Source: Alphaproteobacteria bacterium (lineage in GTDB: Bacteria > Pseudomonadota > Alphaproteobacteria > Puniceispirillales > Puniceispirillaceae). Taken from it: DNA of 64,000 nucleotides. Position 1 is the first letter of the stretch. Each line of letters begins with the position of its first letter. The translations under genes were made by a program, and so were the position numbers. Under the pieces are notes generated by a model. The model saw only the letters and a list, made by a program, of their open reading frames with translations. It made no database searches and had not been told where the DNA came from. The stretch covers positions 8,903 to 72,902 of the forward strand of contig JAKMFL010000040.1 of NCBI GenBank assembly GCA_022425485.1, written 5' to 3'. Of this stretch, positions 41,338-50,121 are shown in pieces.

Positions 41338-42348
41338 ATGGTATCTACACAGATTATTCGGCAAGCACAGACACGCATTCAGGATATCATTACCCCGACC
41401 CCGCTTCTAAGTTCTGATAGGCTCAACCGCCAATTACCCTTCGATGTGCATATTAAGGCAGAATGTTTACAACGCACAGGCTCGTTTAAATTTCGCGGGG
41501 CATGTAATGCTGTTTTTTCGCTTACCCAGCCCGGTCAACCTGTTATCGCCTTTTCTAGCGGCAATCATGCACAGGCCGTGGCGCTCGCTGCCTTACTTAG
41601 TGGGCGCAAAGCCACCATCATTATGCCAGAGGATGCCCCGCAGGCTAAAATTGACGGCACCCGCGCCTATTCAGCAGAGGTGGTGCTATATGACCGCTAT
41701 TCTGAAAGCCGCGAAGAGATTGGCAAGAAGCTAGCGTCTGAGCAAGGGGCTGAGCTTATTCGGCCCTATGATGATGCGCGTGTAATAGCTGGGCAAGGCA
41801 CTGCAGGACTTGAAATAGCTGCCCAAGCAAAGGCCGCAGGTTTTACCCCAGATAGTTTTATTTGTTGCTGCGGCGGTGGCGGACTTATGGCTGGCAGTGC
41901 TACCGCGCTACATGATGCCTTTCCGAACACCCATCTCTACACTGCTGAGCCTGCCGATTTTGATGATATGGCGCGTTCTCTTGCCAGCGGTAAACGCCAG
42001 CAAAATGATGTATCTGCCCGCTCTATATGTGATGCGATTGTTACGCCAACACCGGGCGAGATCACCTTTCCGATTATAGCCTCCCTTGCCCGCGCTGGCC
42101 TTAGCGTCAGTGATGAGGAAGCTTTGCAGGCCATGCGCATTGGCTGGGATTATTTCAAACTTACCATCGAGCCGGGCGGTGCTGTAGCTCTTGCGGCTGC
42201 ACTGTCAGATGCGTTTCTTGCCCATCTTGAAGAGACCGAAACAGATCACCATAAAGGCACCCGCCGCCAGATTGTTGTGATGGCCTCTGGCGGCAATTGT
42301 GATAGCGATATGTTTCTGCGGGCGCTAAATAGCAGAACCCGCTACTAG
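41338..42348 (+). CDS. PLP-dependent serine/threonine dehydratase family protein (serine racemase / hydroxyaspartate ammonia-lyase-like, no ACT domain)
   Basis: 336 aa with the PLP-lysine motif GSFKFRGA, SSGNHAQA and CCGGGGLMAG. Its substrate cannot be assigned from the sequence. Confidence 0.75.
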   Translation: MVSTQIIRQAQTRIQDIITPTPLLSSDRLNRQLPFDVHIKAECLQRTGSFKFRGACNAVFSLTQPGQPVIAFSSGNHAQAVALAALLSGRKATIIMPEDAPQAKIDGTRAYSAEVVLYDRYSESREEIGKKLASEQGAELIRPYDDARVIAGQGTAGLEIAAQAKAAGFTPDSFICCCGGGGLMAGSATALHDAFPNTHLYTAEPADFDDMARSLASGKRQQNDVSARSICDAIVTPTPGEITFPIIASLARAGLSVSDEEALQAMRIGWDYFKLTIEPGGAVALAAALSDAFLAHLEETETDHHKGTRRQIVVMASGGNCDSDMFLRALNSRTRY

Positions 42349-44777
42349 CTGCGCATTCGGCTGGAATTGCTGTCAAACAGGGGCTGTTTCTGCATCCGCG
42401 CATCCAGCATTTCAGCAAATAATTCTACGCTCCAACCGTCTGGCTCATCGGCAAGCTCAGCTCTAACATATCCCATGGCAACAGAACTATCGGACGCATG
42501 GGCAAAACCGCCTGAAGTAACAAACCCTGCTACCTCACCATTATGGAATAACGGCTCATCGCCAATAACATCAGCATTGCTAGCCTCAATGACAAAGCTC
42601 CGCAGCCGATAAGTACCCGCGCCATTATCGCGCGCCGTTATCGCTGCCTCCTTACCGATAAAATCAGCATCCTTTGAAAAAGCACAGAAACTATCTAATC
42701 CTGTTTCATGCGGGTAATAGACAGGACGGAATTCACGCCCCCAACTGCCAAAATTCTTTTCCAGCCGCAGGGCATTCAATGCCCGGCTACCAAACAGCGT
42801 AATATCAAACTCTGCCCCTGCCGCCAAAATATCGGTAAATAGCCGTCTTTGATATTCTGGACGCACCCAAATTTCATATCCCAGATCGCCAGTATAGCTC
42901 ACCCGGCCAACCAAGGCCGGCACCATACCTAAATCCATTGCGTCTATAGACATAAATCCAAAATTCTCGTGACTGACATCGGTGCGCGTTAGTTTTTGCA
43001 GTACCGCCCGTGCATTTGGCCCAGCAATACTCAATCCTGTTAATCCTAATCCTTCAGGGTTGATAGTGAGCGAGCCATCTTCTGGCAAATTCTGGGTAAA
43101 CCAGCGCATATGGTAACTTTCAGCCAGACCAGAGCCAACAATAAAGAAGCTATCCTCATCAAGGCGTGCAAGCGAGAAATCACCAATAACGCGGCCATCT
43201 TCTTTCAGCATGGGTGCAAGCGTCATTCTGCCGATAGCTGGCAGTTTACACGCCAGCATTTTGTCCAGCCAGTTCGCTGCGCCCGGCCCTTCGACGCTAT
43301 ATTTTGCAAAGTTTGAGATTTCCGTTAGCCCAACAGATGCGCGTACCGCCCTAGCTTCGGCGCCAACATATTCAAAATCTGTTGACCGGCGCCATGAAAA
43401 TTCATCCCGCTGCCCTTCTGGTGCAAACCATAGAGGCACTTCCAGCCCAAAGCTGGCCCCAAATTGCGCCCCTTTTTCCTGTAACAGATCATAAATTGGT
43501 GTGGTTAACAGTGGACGGGCAGCCTGTAGCTCTTCATTCGGATAACGGATAGAAAAGCGGCGCGAATAATTCTCGCGCACCCGCGCGTTCGTGAAGGCCA
43601 TATTAGCATAATCACCGAACCTACTGACATCCATTGCCCATACATCAAAGCCCGGATCGCCATTTACAATCCAGTTTGACAGGGCCAGACCAACCCCGCC
43701 ACCTTGCGAGAACCCTGCCATCACTGCACAAGCAGACCAATAATTCGTCATCCCCTCAATAGGGCCGACCAGCGGATTGCCATCAGGGGCAAAGGTGAAA
43801 GGCCCGTTAATAATCTTGCGAATACCGGCATTCTCAAACGCTGGAAAATGTTGAAAGCCAACCTCTAAAGATGGGGCAATACGGTCAATATCAGGCTCTA
43901 GCAATTCATGCCCAAATGACCATGGTGTTTCATGTTCAGACCAAGGCCGGCAGGCTTTCTCGTAAGTGCCCATCAGCATCCCGCCACGTTCTTGACGCAA
44001 ATAAAGCTCACCATCGAAATCGACGGCATGCAGCATTTCAATGCCTTCCTTTTCGTTAAACGCAGCGACTTCTGGCATATCTTCAGTCAAGAGATACATA
44101 TGTTCCATTGCCAATACAGGAAGTTCTAGCCCAACCATGCGGCCAATTTCACGTGCCCACAAGCCGCCTGCATTAACCACATGTTCTGCGCGTATCATCC
44201 CTTTGTTGGTGTCGATATGCCAAGTGCCATCTGGCGCTTGCGAGAGGCTTTCAACTTTAGTTTGCGTTTCCACCGTAGCGCCATTTTTGCGTGCTGCTTT
44301 GGCATAGGCATGGGTGACGCCATAAGGGTCGCAATGCCCCTCAATAGGGTCGTATAATGCGCCTACAAACTGTGAGGGATCAAGCAACGGCATTAATTCT
44401 GCCGCCCGATCAGGGGTAATTATCTCCAGCTCATCCATGCCTAGATATTTACCTTTGGCATAGACCCCCTTTAACCAGTCAAAACGCTCTTGGGTGGCCG
44501 CCAGCATCACCCCGCCCGTCATATGCAAGCCGATATCCTGACCAGATAATTCTTCAATTTCCTTATATAGGCCAATCGTATATTGCTGAAGCTTGGCCAC
44601 ATTGGGATCCCCATTAATGGTATGCATCCCGCCCGCTGCGTGCCAAGTGGAACCAGAAGTCAGGTCAGACCGCTCCAGCAACATGACATCGCTCCAGCCA
44701 TGTTTGGTTAAATGGTACAAAATAGACGCACCCACAACGCCGCCGCCAATAACCACTACTCTTGCCTGATCTTGCAT
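42345..44777 (-). CDS. Dimethylglycine-dehydrogenase-like FAD oxidoreductase with a C-terminal GcvT-type folate-binding domain
   Basis: 810 aa with a VVVIGGGVVGAS dinucleotide fold, SGSTWHAAGG (the covalent-FAD His context of the DMGDH/SARDH family) and an aminomethyltransferase-like C-terminal half. Confidence 0.85.
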   Translation of the reverse strand: MQDQARVVVIGGGVVGASILYHLTKHGWSDVMLLERSDLTSGSTWHAAGGMHTINGDPNVAKLQQYTIGLYKEIEELSGQDIGLHMTGGVMLAATQERFDWLKGVYAKGKYLGMDELEIITPDRAAELMPLLDPSQFVGALYDPIEGHCDPYGVTHAYAKAARKNGATVETQTKVESLSQAPDGTWHIDTNKGMIRAEHVVNAGGLWAREIGRMVGLELPVLAMEHMYLLTEDMPEVAAFNEKEGIEMLHAVDFDGELYLRQERGGMLMGTYEKACRPWSEHETPWSFGHELLEPDIDRIAPSLEVGFQHFPAFENAGIRKIINGPFTFAPDGNPLVGPIEGMTNYWSACAVMAGFSQGGGVGLALSNWIVNGDPGFDVWAMDVSRFGDYANMAFTNARVRENYSRRFSIRYPNEELQAARPLLTTPIYDLLQEKGAQFGASFGLEVPLWFAPEGQRDEFSWRRSTDFEYVGAEARAVRASVGLTEISNFAKYSVEGPGAANWLDKMLACKLPAIGRMTLAPMLKEDGRVIGDFSLARLDEDSFFIVGSGLAESYHMRWFTQNLPEDGSLTINPEGLGLTGLSIAGPNARAVLQKLTRTDVSHENFGFMSIDAMDLGMVPALVGRVSYTGDLGYEIWVRPEYQRRLFTDILAAGAEFDITLFGSRALNALRLEKNFGSWGREFRPVYYPHETGLDSFCAFSKDADFIGKEAAITARDNGAGTYRLRSFVIEASNADVIGDEPLFHNGEVAGFVTSGGFAHASDSSVAMGYVRAELADEPDGWSVELFAEMLDARMQKQPLFDSNSSRMRS

Positions 44778-44881
44778 AATTATTCCCTCTTTTTTCCTAA
44801 ATCGCCTTTTTTTAAATTGTAGCTTCTTGGCGGATATTTCCTAGTATTTTAACAGCCAAAGATGTTTTATTATTCCGCTTT

Positions 44882-46423
44882 TTAATAGTCGGTTGGAGCC
44901 CCACCTTCCTCTACGCGTCGGGCAACAAACCCTTCAAGCTCCTCTTTAATTCCGGGATCTATTTCCGGCGGTTGATGCTCATCAAGGATTCGCTTGCAAG
45001 CGGTAGCTGCTCTGTCATGAGTCCAGACAGCGCCAGCCTCTTCCCAATTTTCATAGTTAGACCAGTCTGACAGAAAAGGGCTATAAAACGCTGTTTTATA
45101 ACGTCTTTGCGTGTGATCACATCCAAAGAAATGTCCATCTGGCCCAACGTCTTTGATCGCCTGTACCCCTAACGCGTCTGGGCTAAACTCAAGCGGCTGT
45201 TGGATATAGATTACCTGTTGTAGCATCTCGCAATCCATAACGAATTTTTCTAAACTTGCGGATAGCCCGCCTTCCAGCCAGCCTGCTGCATGATAGACCA
45301 AATTAGAGTGCCCAGACAGAGAGCCTTGCAAAGAAAAAGCAGACTCCCATACCGCCTGGCCATCTGGGACATTCGCAGCATTGGCGTTTGAGGTGCGCAT
45401 AGGTACATTATAAAACCGCGCCATCTGCCCTGATATCTGCATCGCACGAATATATTCAGGCGTTCCAAAAGCAGGTGCGCCTGATTTCATATCTACATTG
45501 CTGGTAAAAGCGCCATAGACAACAGGCGTTCCCGGGTGGATATATTGCAACAATGCTATCGCAGCCAGCACCTCAGCATTTTGCTGAACAATTGCCCCCA
45601 CAATTGTTACGGGTGCCATCGCCCCTGCTAGGGTAAAGGGCGTTATCACAACCGGCTGTTTGCGTGCGGCAAGACGCATAGCCCCGTCCAGCATGGGATA
45701 GTCATGTTTTAAAGGGGAAGAAGAATTGATATTCGTAAACATGCGCGGGGTGGCATCAAACTCCGCATGGCTTAGACCAGCCGCAATGCGCGTCATCTCT
45801 ATTACATCTTCTATACGCTCCATACCAAGGGAATAGCCATGAATTACCTTATCCGTATAGACCAGCATGTCACGGGTTGCATGAAGATGCCGGACAGAGG
45901 CATGTAAATCCATCGGCTCAACAGGATAGCCAACAATGGCATGAATACAATTAAAGGCTTGCGATAGATGCAGAAAATTGCGGAAATCTTCTCTGGTTCC
46001 CATCCGTCTGCCCGTTTCGCTATCCAATATATTAGGCGGTGAGGCCACTTGCCCAAAATGAAAATGCCCGTCACCAAGGATAATTTTATGGTTTGGGTTT
46101 CGCGGGGTAACGGTAAAGCTAGAAGGGGCATGACGAGCCATTTCCATCACCCAATTTCTGTCCATCTTTACATTCATATCGCTGCGATCAATATTGCAGC
46201 CCGCACGTTCCAAATGGTCAAGGGCGGTTTCATTCAGAAAGCGGATGCCAATCTTCTCAACCACATCTAAACTTGCTTCATGAATAGCTTCAATTTGATC
46301 TGCGGATAGTGGCTCGGTTGGTTTGTCGAAATAGCGCGGGTTTTGCCACGGCAATTGTCCGTCTAGCAATTTTCGAGGGCCATCTTCCCCTGATTTCGCC
46401 CTGCCTGCGCTACGTCGTGCCAT
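44882..46423 (-). CDS. Trimethylamine methyltransferase (MttB) superfamily protein, non-pyrrolysine type
   Basis: 513 aa of MttB-like sequence throughout (e.g. NINSSSPL, TPFTLAGAMAPVT, DGHFFG). There is no in-frame UAG, and the substrate is unknown. Confidence 0.8.
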   Translation of the reverse strand: MARRSAGRAKSGEDGPRKLLDGQLPWQNPRYFDKPTEPLSADQIEAIHEASLDVVEKIGIRFLNETALDHLERAGCNIDRSDMNVKMDRNWVMEMARHAPSSFTVTPRNPNHKIILGDGHFHFGQVASPPNILDSETGRRMGTREDFRNFLHLSQAFNCIHAIVGYPVEPMDLHASVRHLHATRDMLVYTDKVIHGYSLGMERIEDVIEMTRIAAGLSHAEFDATPRMFTNINSSSPLKHDYPMLDGAMRLAARKQPVVITPFTLAGAMAPVTIVGAIVQQNAEVLAAIALLQYIHPGTPVVYGAFTSNVDMKSGAPAFGTPEYIRAMQISGQMARFYNVPMRTSNANAANVPDGQAVWESAFSLQGSLSGHSNLVYHAAGWLEGGLSASLEKFVMDCEMLQQVIYIQQPLEFSPDALGVQAIKDVGPDGHFFGCDHTQRRYKTAFYSPFLSDWSNYENWEEAGAVWTHDRAATACKRILDEHQPPEIDPGIKEELEGFVARRVEEGGAPTDY

Positions 46424-46749
46424 TCCCCCCCCTTTTTCTTTACGCCTATAAACGCAAATACCCTATAAACAGGCTATGGGGGCTGACCTGCATCAATATC
46501 TTAAACCTGACATCTACTTGTTCCATACCGCCACTTCATGCCTATCCCTGATTAAGCTGTGATAGCACAGCAGAAACAAGCTGATTTGCAAGGCGTCAAT
46601 ATTCTCTATTTAGCCCATGCAGAGAGGCCTCTTTGCAGGAGATTATCGCCTTTTTATCCCCCTTTGGGGTTGTCTGCCTGCCCCTTTATGACATTTTATG
46701 TATCAGGCGTTTGCCTCAAACAACACAGCCTTACAAAGAGCCTTGATAT

Positions 46750-47418
46750 ATGAAAGCTGCGGTCACGAAATGTATTTGGATACGCCACGCCCCATCTTGG
46801 CGGCCAGACGGGCATGTGCCAGCCCATGACCCCGATATTGTCCCTGATGCTGCATCTGCCGCGGCCCTCGCCCAGATGTTACCAGATGATGCGTATTGGC
46901 ATATTAGCCCGTTAAGGCGCTGTCAGCAGACAGCTGCACAAATCGAAGATATTTTGGTTCAGTGTGACCGGCCAACTCCAAGGGAAAAAACCATAGAACA
47001 TCAGATAATTGAACAGGATTTAGGGAAATGGGCAGGCGCCAAACTGAAAGATGTTTGGGCAGAATTAGCCGATGCCCCGCGCCATAATTTCTCTTTTCAA
47101 ACGGCTGAACTTGTCCCCCCTGATGGCGAGAGTTTTGCAGTGCAATATGAACGCATTGCACTCTTTTTAAAGAATTTTTCAGATAAAATGTCAGAGGCTG
47201 AAAAGGCGCGTGCGCATATCTTTTTTGCCCATGCCCATACTATTCGTGCCGTGATAGCCTATTGTTTAGACCTGTCGCTAGAACGCGCATTATCTATCCA
47301 GATTGGCAATTATAGTCAGACGATTTTCAACTTTCTGCCGCACCAACACGCACAGCATGTTGGCGGGCAATGGCAGGTAGAAGCCTTAAATCTGCCCGCA
47401 TTACCACGCCCCCATTAA
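46750..47418 (+). CDS. Histidine phosphatase family protein (PGAM/CobC-like)
   Basis: It has IRHAPS (an RHG-type catalytic His), SPLRRCQQTA, PPDGES and AHAHTIRA motifs. Confidence 0.7.
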   Translation: MKAAVTKCIWIRHAPSWRPDGHVPAHDPDIVPDAASAAALAQMLPDDAYWHISPLRRCQQTAAQIEDILVQCDRPTPREKTIEHQIIEQDLGKWAGAKLKDVWAELADAPRHNFSFQTAELVPPDGESFAVQYERIALFLKNFSDKMSEAEKARAHIFFAHAHTIRAVIAYCLDLSLERALSIQIGNYSQTIFNFLPHQHAQHVGGQWQVEALNLPALPRPH

Positions 47419-47425
47419 CACGCCC

Positions 47426-47466
47426 GCATTAGGGCTGATGATTTTGCCTAAGATGCGTTTGTTTAA
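47426..47466 (+). terminator. Candidate intrinsic terminator after the histidine phosphatase gene
   Basis: An imperfect hairpin, GCATTAGGGC...GCCTAAGATGC (about 10 bp with a bulge), is followed by GTTTGTTT. Confidence 0.35.
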
Positions 47467-47475
47467 ATTGCTGGC

Positions 47476-48102
47476 CTAAGACGCCTCATTCAAGTCTCTT
47501 GTCCCTCTAGGGTCTACCCAGCCTATCGTGCCATCATTGCGCAGATGCACCATATTCAGCCCCATATGTCCTGAATTGCGGAAGAGCAGACAATTATCAC
47601 CGCTTAATTCCAAACGCATTACCGCCTGCTCCACGCTTAGGCTTTCTACCTCATAGGAAAGCTCAGCAATAATTGGCAAGCTGTCATCTTCTTGTTCTGC
47701 ATCCTTAACACTGGCGTTATCATGCCCGTTTGCGAGGTCTAGCTGGGTGGCAGCCGCGTAAATTGACATAGGCGCAGAAATAATATCATTTGGAACTTCT
47801 GCCTGTTGACGATGGTTTTTCAGCCTTCTTTTGTGGCGACGCAAACGTTTTTCGGCATGTTGGCCAGCATCCTCTAGCGCAGCATGCGCGTCTCTTGCAA
47901 AACCACTCGCCTCAAGCTCAATACGGCGCGTTAGATTCATTCGAATACGGACATAAAACCCGCCATCTGTCTTTTCCAAAGTGACATTTGCACTGACAGC
48001 GGGGGTAAAATATTTTTCAACAATATGCTCTATCAGCTCGCGGCTTCGTTCCTGAAAAGCGGCGCCTGTATCCATATTTTGTCCGGAAACGTTGATTATC
48101 AT
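47476..48102 (-). CDS. hpf: Ribosome hibernation promoting factor (long HPF)
   Basis: It has an S30AE N-terminal domain (MIINVSGQNMDTG...), a basic linker and a C-terminal dimerisation domain (AVMRLELSGDNCLLFRN). Confidence 0.88.
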   Translation of the reverse strand: MIINVSGQNMDTGAAFQERSRELIEHIVEKYFTPAVSANVTLEKTDGGFYVRIRMNLTRRIELEASGFARDAHAALEDAGQHAEKRLRRHKRRLKNHRQQAEVPNDIISAPMSIYAAATQLDLANGHDNASVKDAEQEDDSLPIIAELSYEVESLSVEQAVMRLELSGDNCLLFRNSGHMGLNMVHLRNDGTIGWVDPRGTRDLNEAS

Positions 48103-48311
48103 TTATGTTGCTCCTCTGTCTGACATTAAAATCGTCAGATGACATGGCCACAACACATATTCTTGACAACACTAGCAAAAAAACCTGCTGGCCTGAAGCT
48201 AGCGAGAAGAAGATGGCATGTCCCATTGCCATCAGATCACCTTTTACTCTGGCAGTATTTTATGATGCTGGCAACCCCGTCAAAAAGATAAGCCTATTGC
48301 AGTACGCGCCT

Positions 48312-48935
48312 TTATGTTTCCAACTTTTGGCATCTAAAGCCGATAGATAGGCGGCCATCGGTAATATTATCAACCCCATGAAGCGGCCGCATTTTAGGCT
48401 GGGGCAAATATTTCAGTCCTGGCGCCGCTAGCAGCACCAAACGGCCAGGACTATCGTCAATTATCTGCCTGTCAGAACCGTCCCTCTCTGTGCAGGTAAA
48501 TAGCTGTGATTTCCCTGAAAGTGTGATAATGAAAACCAAATTACGATAGCTTAGCGCATCTTTATGCACGCCAATACCAGCAGAATTTTTCGGGTAACGC
48601 TGGACAGCAAAATCATTTATGACAAGCGGCGCTTCAAAAAGCTTTGGCTGGCGGTGCGATAAGCTAGCGCTGAGCCGCTCTAGACCCCTTGCAAGATTAT
48701 TAAACACCCCGCTCATAGGCGCCGGAAAACAGATATCAAAATCCTGATGCACATTTTGGCCAGCTCTTGAACGCGCTTTGCGAAAAGTAAGTTTCCCTGC
48801 CGCATCTTTTAGCGCGCGCATCTCTTCTGCGGTAAAAAACTCAGGATTGGCAAAGGGCTGATGTGCAAGGGCGTGTACCGCGTCATCAAATAGGGCTTGA
48901 CGCCCATCAAATGAAAATGGCGGCAATACAGACAT
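48312..48935 (-). CDS. Fe(II)/2-oxoglutarate dioxygenase fold protein, AlkB-like motif spacing
   Basis: Numbered from the GTG at 48947: H128-K-D130 (GIGVHKD), H190 (RPLHGV), and R199/R205 (RLSIGFR, compare AlkB RxNLTFR). The ATG at 48935 follows GAGGGA. The alternative GTG at 48947 overlaps the upstream stop. Confidence 0.6.
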   Translation of the reverse strand: MSVLPPFSFDGRQALFDDAVHALAHQPFANPEFFTAEEMRALKDAAGKLTFRKARSRAGQNVHQDFDICFPAPMSGVFNNLARGLERLSASLSHRQPKLFEAPLVINDFAVQRYPKNSAGIGVHKDALSYRNLVFIITLSGKSQLFTCTERDGSDRQIIDDSPGRLVLLAAPGLKYLPQPKMRPLHGVDNITDGRLSIGFRCQKLET

Positions 48936-48943
48936 ATCTTCCC

Positions 48944-49504
48944 TCACGCTTTTGAAGCAAACGCAGCGCCAATATCTTTATTCTGCTGCGGTAAAAACTC
49001 AACGGATGATTTGCATTTTGCACAAACCAAACCAGCGCTGCGGCGATGCCGTTCAGTCTCAAAACACCCCTTTGGGCAGCGCATAAGCCAACGTGCTTTA
49101 GAAAAATTAAGCGTATGGCATCTGGCCGCTGTACAGCCAATCTCCCGCGCTTTCTGCCGCCACACCGCATCATGCCCATGACCGGGCCCAACCAGCGCAT
49201 GCGCAATTTCGTGCAAAATCGTATCCTTAATATGCTCAGGATCTGCATAACGGGCATAATGGCGAGAGAGCGAAAGTATTTTGCGGTTATAATCACAAAG
49301 GCCAGCACGCCTACGCGCATGATCAAACTGGATCGTCCAGCCAGACAGGCCATGCCTCTCCATTAATTCATACCCTTGATTAAGGACTGCCTGCAAAGGG
49401 CGTTCGTCATTTTTTGACTGTTTTTCAGCACGCTGCTTTTTTAGGTTTTTTCTCTTCTGCGTTACATTCTTTTTAGCCGTAGGCGGGGAAAACAGCGAAA
49501 ACAT
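48944..49504 (-). CDS. SprT-like zinc metalloprotease with a C-terminal Zn ribbon
   Basis: 186 aa with a Lys/Arg-rich N-terminus, HEIAH plus a downstream His cluster (GPGHGHD), and CPKGC...CAKC. Its ATG is 2 nt after the soxG stop. Confidence 0.7.
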   Translation of the reverse strand: MFSLFSPPTAKKNVTQKRKNLKKQRAEKQSKNDERPLQAVLNQGYELMERHGLSGWTIQFDHARRRAGLCDYNRKILSLSRHYARYADPEHIKDTILHEIAHALVGPGHGHDAVWRQKAREIGCTAARCHTLNFSKARWLMRCPKGCFETERHRRSAGLVCAKCKSSVEFLPQQNKDIGAAFASKA

Positions 49505-49506
49505 GA

Positions 49507-50121
49507 CTAGCCTTCTATCCCTTTCAGCGAGCCTTTCGCTGGATTATTGACCTTCACGCCAAACTGACAGGCAATATCAAACAGCCCATACGTCAATGAT
49601 TCAGCAAAGCTAGAAGGCAGCATTAACAGGTATCTATCCTCACTCACCTTTAAGATATGCACCCCAACATGATGCATGGCTGTAGCCATGAACTGGCCAT
49701 CTGGGCAGGATAAATCTACCGCAGCTTGGCGATTTATAAGCGTTCCGGCCTCTGGCCCTGTAACCAGCAAGCAAAGCTTGGAGGCAGATATATCAAGCGG
49801 ATAATATTTATCCATACTCGCGGGTAGATCTGCCAGCATTGGTTTTTCAGTCACCAGCCATAATTTACCTAGCTCAGGGCGCAAACATAGACATCCCTTT
49901 TCACGGCAAGAAGACGCAGGGTCTGGCATAGATGGCACAGAGAATTGTCGTTTAAGCATCGCTTTTGCCGCTGTTTTCTGCTCTGGGAAAAAGGCAAATT
50001 GCGTTATGGTGAAGCCCTGAATTTCCGTGAATTCAACTTTTGGCTTGCCGCCTTTTTTGCCATGCCGCCCTACCGATAGCCGCCCCAAACTCTCTGCAGG
50101 CTTTGTTAATCTCTCAGCCAT
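49507..50121 (-). CDS. soxG: Sarcosine oxidase gamma subunit
   Basis: About 204 aa from the ATG at 50121, with an 8-nt overlap with soxA. SoxG-like sequence, last gene of the soxBDAG order. Confidence 0.8.
   Translation of the reverse strand: MAERLTKPAESLGRLSVGRHGKKGGKPKVEFTEIQGFTITQFAFFPEQKTAAKAMLKRQFSVPSMPDPASSCREKGCLCLRPELGKLWLVTEKPMLADLPASMDKYYPLDISASKLCLLVTGPEAGTLINRQAAVDLSCPDGQFMATAMHHVGVHILKVSEDRYLLMLPSSFAESLTYGLFDIACQFGVKVNNPAKGSLKGIEG

Noticed and set aside
46424-46749. Looked for a cobalamin riboswitch (B12 box) or another riboswitch ahead of the MttB-family gene.
   Set aside because: I could not recognise a convincing B12-box-like core or the multi-helix junction by eye. A covariance-model scan would be needed to exclude it formally.
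46559-46753. 64-aa GTG-initiated ORF in the mttB / phosphatase spacer, ending in an ATGA overlap with the phosphatase start.
   Set aside because: It has a non-ATG start with no SD and no recognisable motif, and its composition is typical of non-coding sequence. The stop/start overlap alone is not evidence.
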